Shown: positions 31,856-32,447 of the stretch, piece after piece
Numbering within the stretch: the first letter of the stretch is position 1
How the letters are laid out: the number at the start of each line of letters is the position of its first letter
NCBI GenBank assembly: GCA_964633185.1
Contig: CAZWFM010000003.1
Coordinates: 1 to 32,447, forward strand
Direction of reading: 5' to 3'
Length of the DNA: 32,447 bases
From: an uncultured Bacteroidales bacterium
GTDB taxonomy: Bacteria; Bacteroidota; Bacteroidia; Bacteroidales; UBA10428
The notes under the pieces: model-generated
The model's input: only the letters and a program-made list of their open reading frames with translations
The model's database searches: none
What the model was told of the DNA's origin: nothing
Translations under genes and position numbers: made by a program

Positions 31856-32125
31856 CACAAAAACGACCAAAAATGAGTAAACAAGATAAATACAGAAAGA
31901 CAGATTACGAATTATTTTGTGTTTAAAAAATAATCTTTTCAGATCATAGTTTTTATTACAAACAATTATATTAGCATTTTTTTCATAAAAGTTACATATA
32001 TCGATTAAAAGACAAAAATGACAAACATAAATTACTAATAAACCAACAAATAGTGGCTTGATATATAAAAACACTCATCCGTTTATTATCTCTGCCAAAC
32101 TACTGGTTATAAAAATTTTAATGCA

Positions 32126-32447
32126 TGAAAATTATTATTGTTATTGATAGCTGGAATAAAGGGAACGGAGGAGTTGTTGTTACACATACCTTAGTAAACG
32201 AATTGAAGCAGAGAGGACATGAGGTTTCTCTTGTTACAACTTCCGGAGAGGAAGCATCTAAATATAGTGGAACCGTTAATGAAGTTTCAGGTTTCTATAT
32301 ACCAGGAATAAAAGAATCATTGAAAAATATGAGTTTTCGTTTTGGCGTAGGACAGAAAAAAGTATTTCGCAAGGCTTATAAAGATGCAGATCTCGTTCAT
32401 GTAATTTTTCCATTTTTTATGGCCAGAAATGCTGTAAGAGTTGCAAA
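32126..32447 (+). CDS. GT4-like (GT-B fold) glycosyltransferase, N-terminal fragment (3' end lies outside the window)
   Basis: Absent from the ORF track because no stop is reached. ATG 32126 opens a frame to the window end: MKIIIVIDSWNKGNGGVVVTHTLVNELKQRGHEVSLVTTSG...DLVHVIFPFFMARNAVRVA, a typical GT4 N-terminal domain start. Confidence 0.6.

Overview
The window looks like Bacteroidota chromosome: it has a SusC/SusD pair, SPI/SPII signal peptides on the secreted enzymes, a TTTG/TAnnTTTG-type promoter and almost no Shine-Dalgarno sites. The core (about 4.0-31.4 kb, all on the + strand) is one large polysaccharide utilization locus (PUL) headed by a LacI-family repressor. Gene order is GH95, SusC, SusD, GH97, a GH3 remnant, a CE6-like::GH115 chimeric ORF, GH43+CBM6, a CE1-like esterase and GH31. 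A cytoplasmic sugar-oxidation module follows (aldo-keto reductase, FucP permease remnant, RhaM-type mutarotase, amidohydrolase lactonase, Zn-dependent dehydrogenase), and then GH31 with a PA14 insert and a tandem double esterase. All of the enzymes are exo-acting or debranching. The mix resembles the side-chain-removal part of complex (corn-bran type) glucuronoarabinoxylan PULs, with xyloglucan as an alternative, and no endo-acting backbone enzyme lies in the window. The embedded cytoplasmic module fits the L-galactose to D-tagaturonate route better than the L-fucose route. The left flank holds the nadE 3' end, an orphan XylF-like sugar-binding lipoprotein, a truncated hydantoinase/oxoprolinase ORF, a META-domain lipoprotein and about 0.9 kb of gene-poor AT-rich DNA. 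The right flank holds a truncated propeller-like ORF and the 5' end of a GT4-like glycosyltransferase that is missing from the ORF track. The most notable observations are four. (1) A perfect 16-bp CG-centred palindrome lies upstream of the first PUL gene, with a weaker copy inside the LacI promoter, giving a candidate operator pair. (2) Three genes (GH3, GH115, FucP) carry large internal deletions or fusions that all stay in frame. There is also one in-frame TGA at an expected Gly and a T8 frameshift, so this is either real gene decay or an assembly artefact. (3) The oxidation module looks L-galactose-type. (4) TGA is never used as a stop by any intact gene here. I saw no tRNA/rRNA, CRISPR array, transposase/integrase or recognisable defence or toxin system, and I cannot point to a clearly novel multi-gene system. 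All family assignments come from motif recognition by eye, not from searches.
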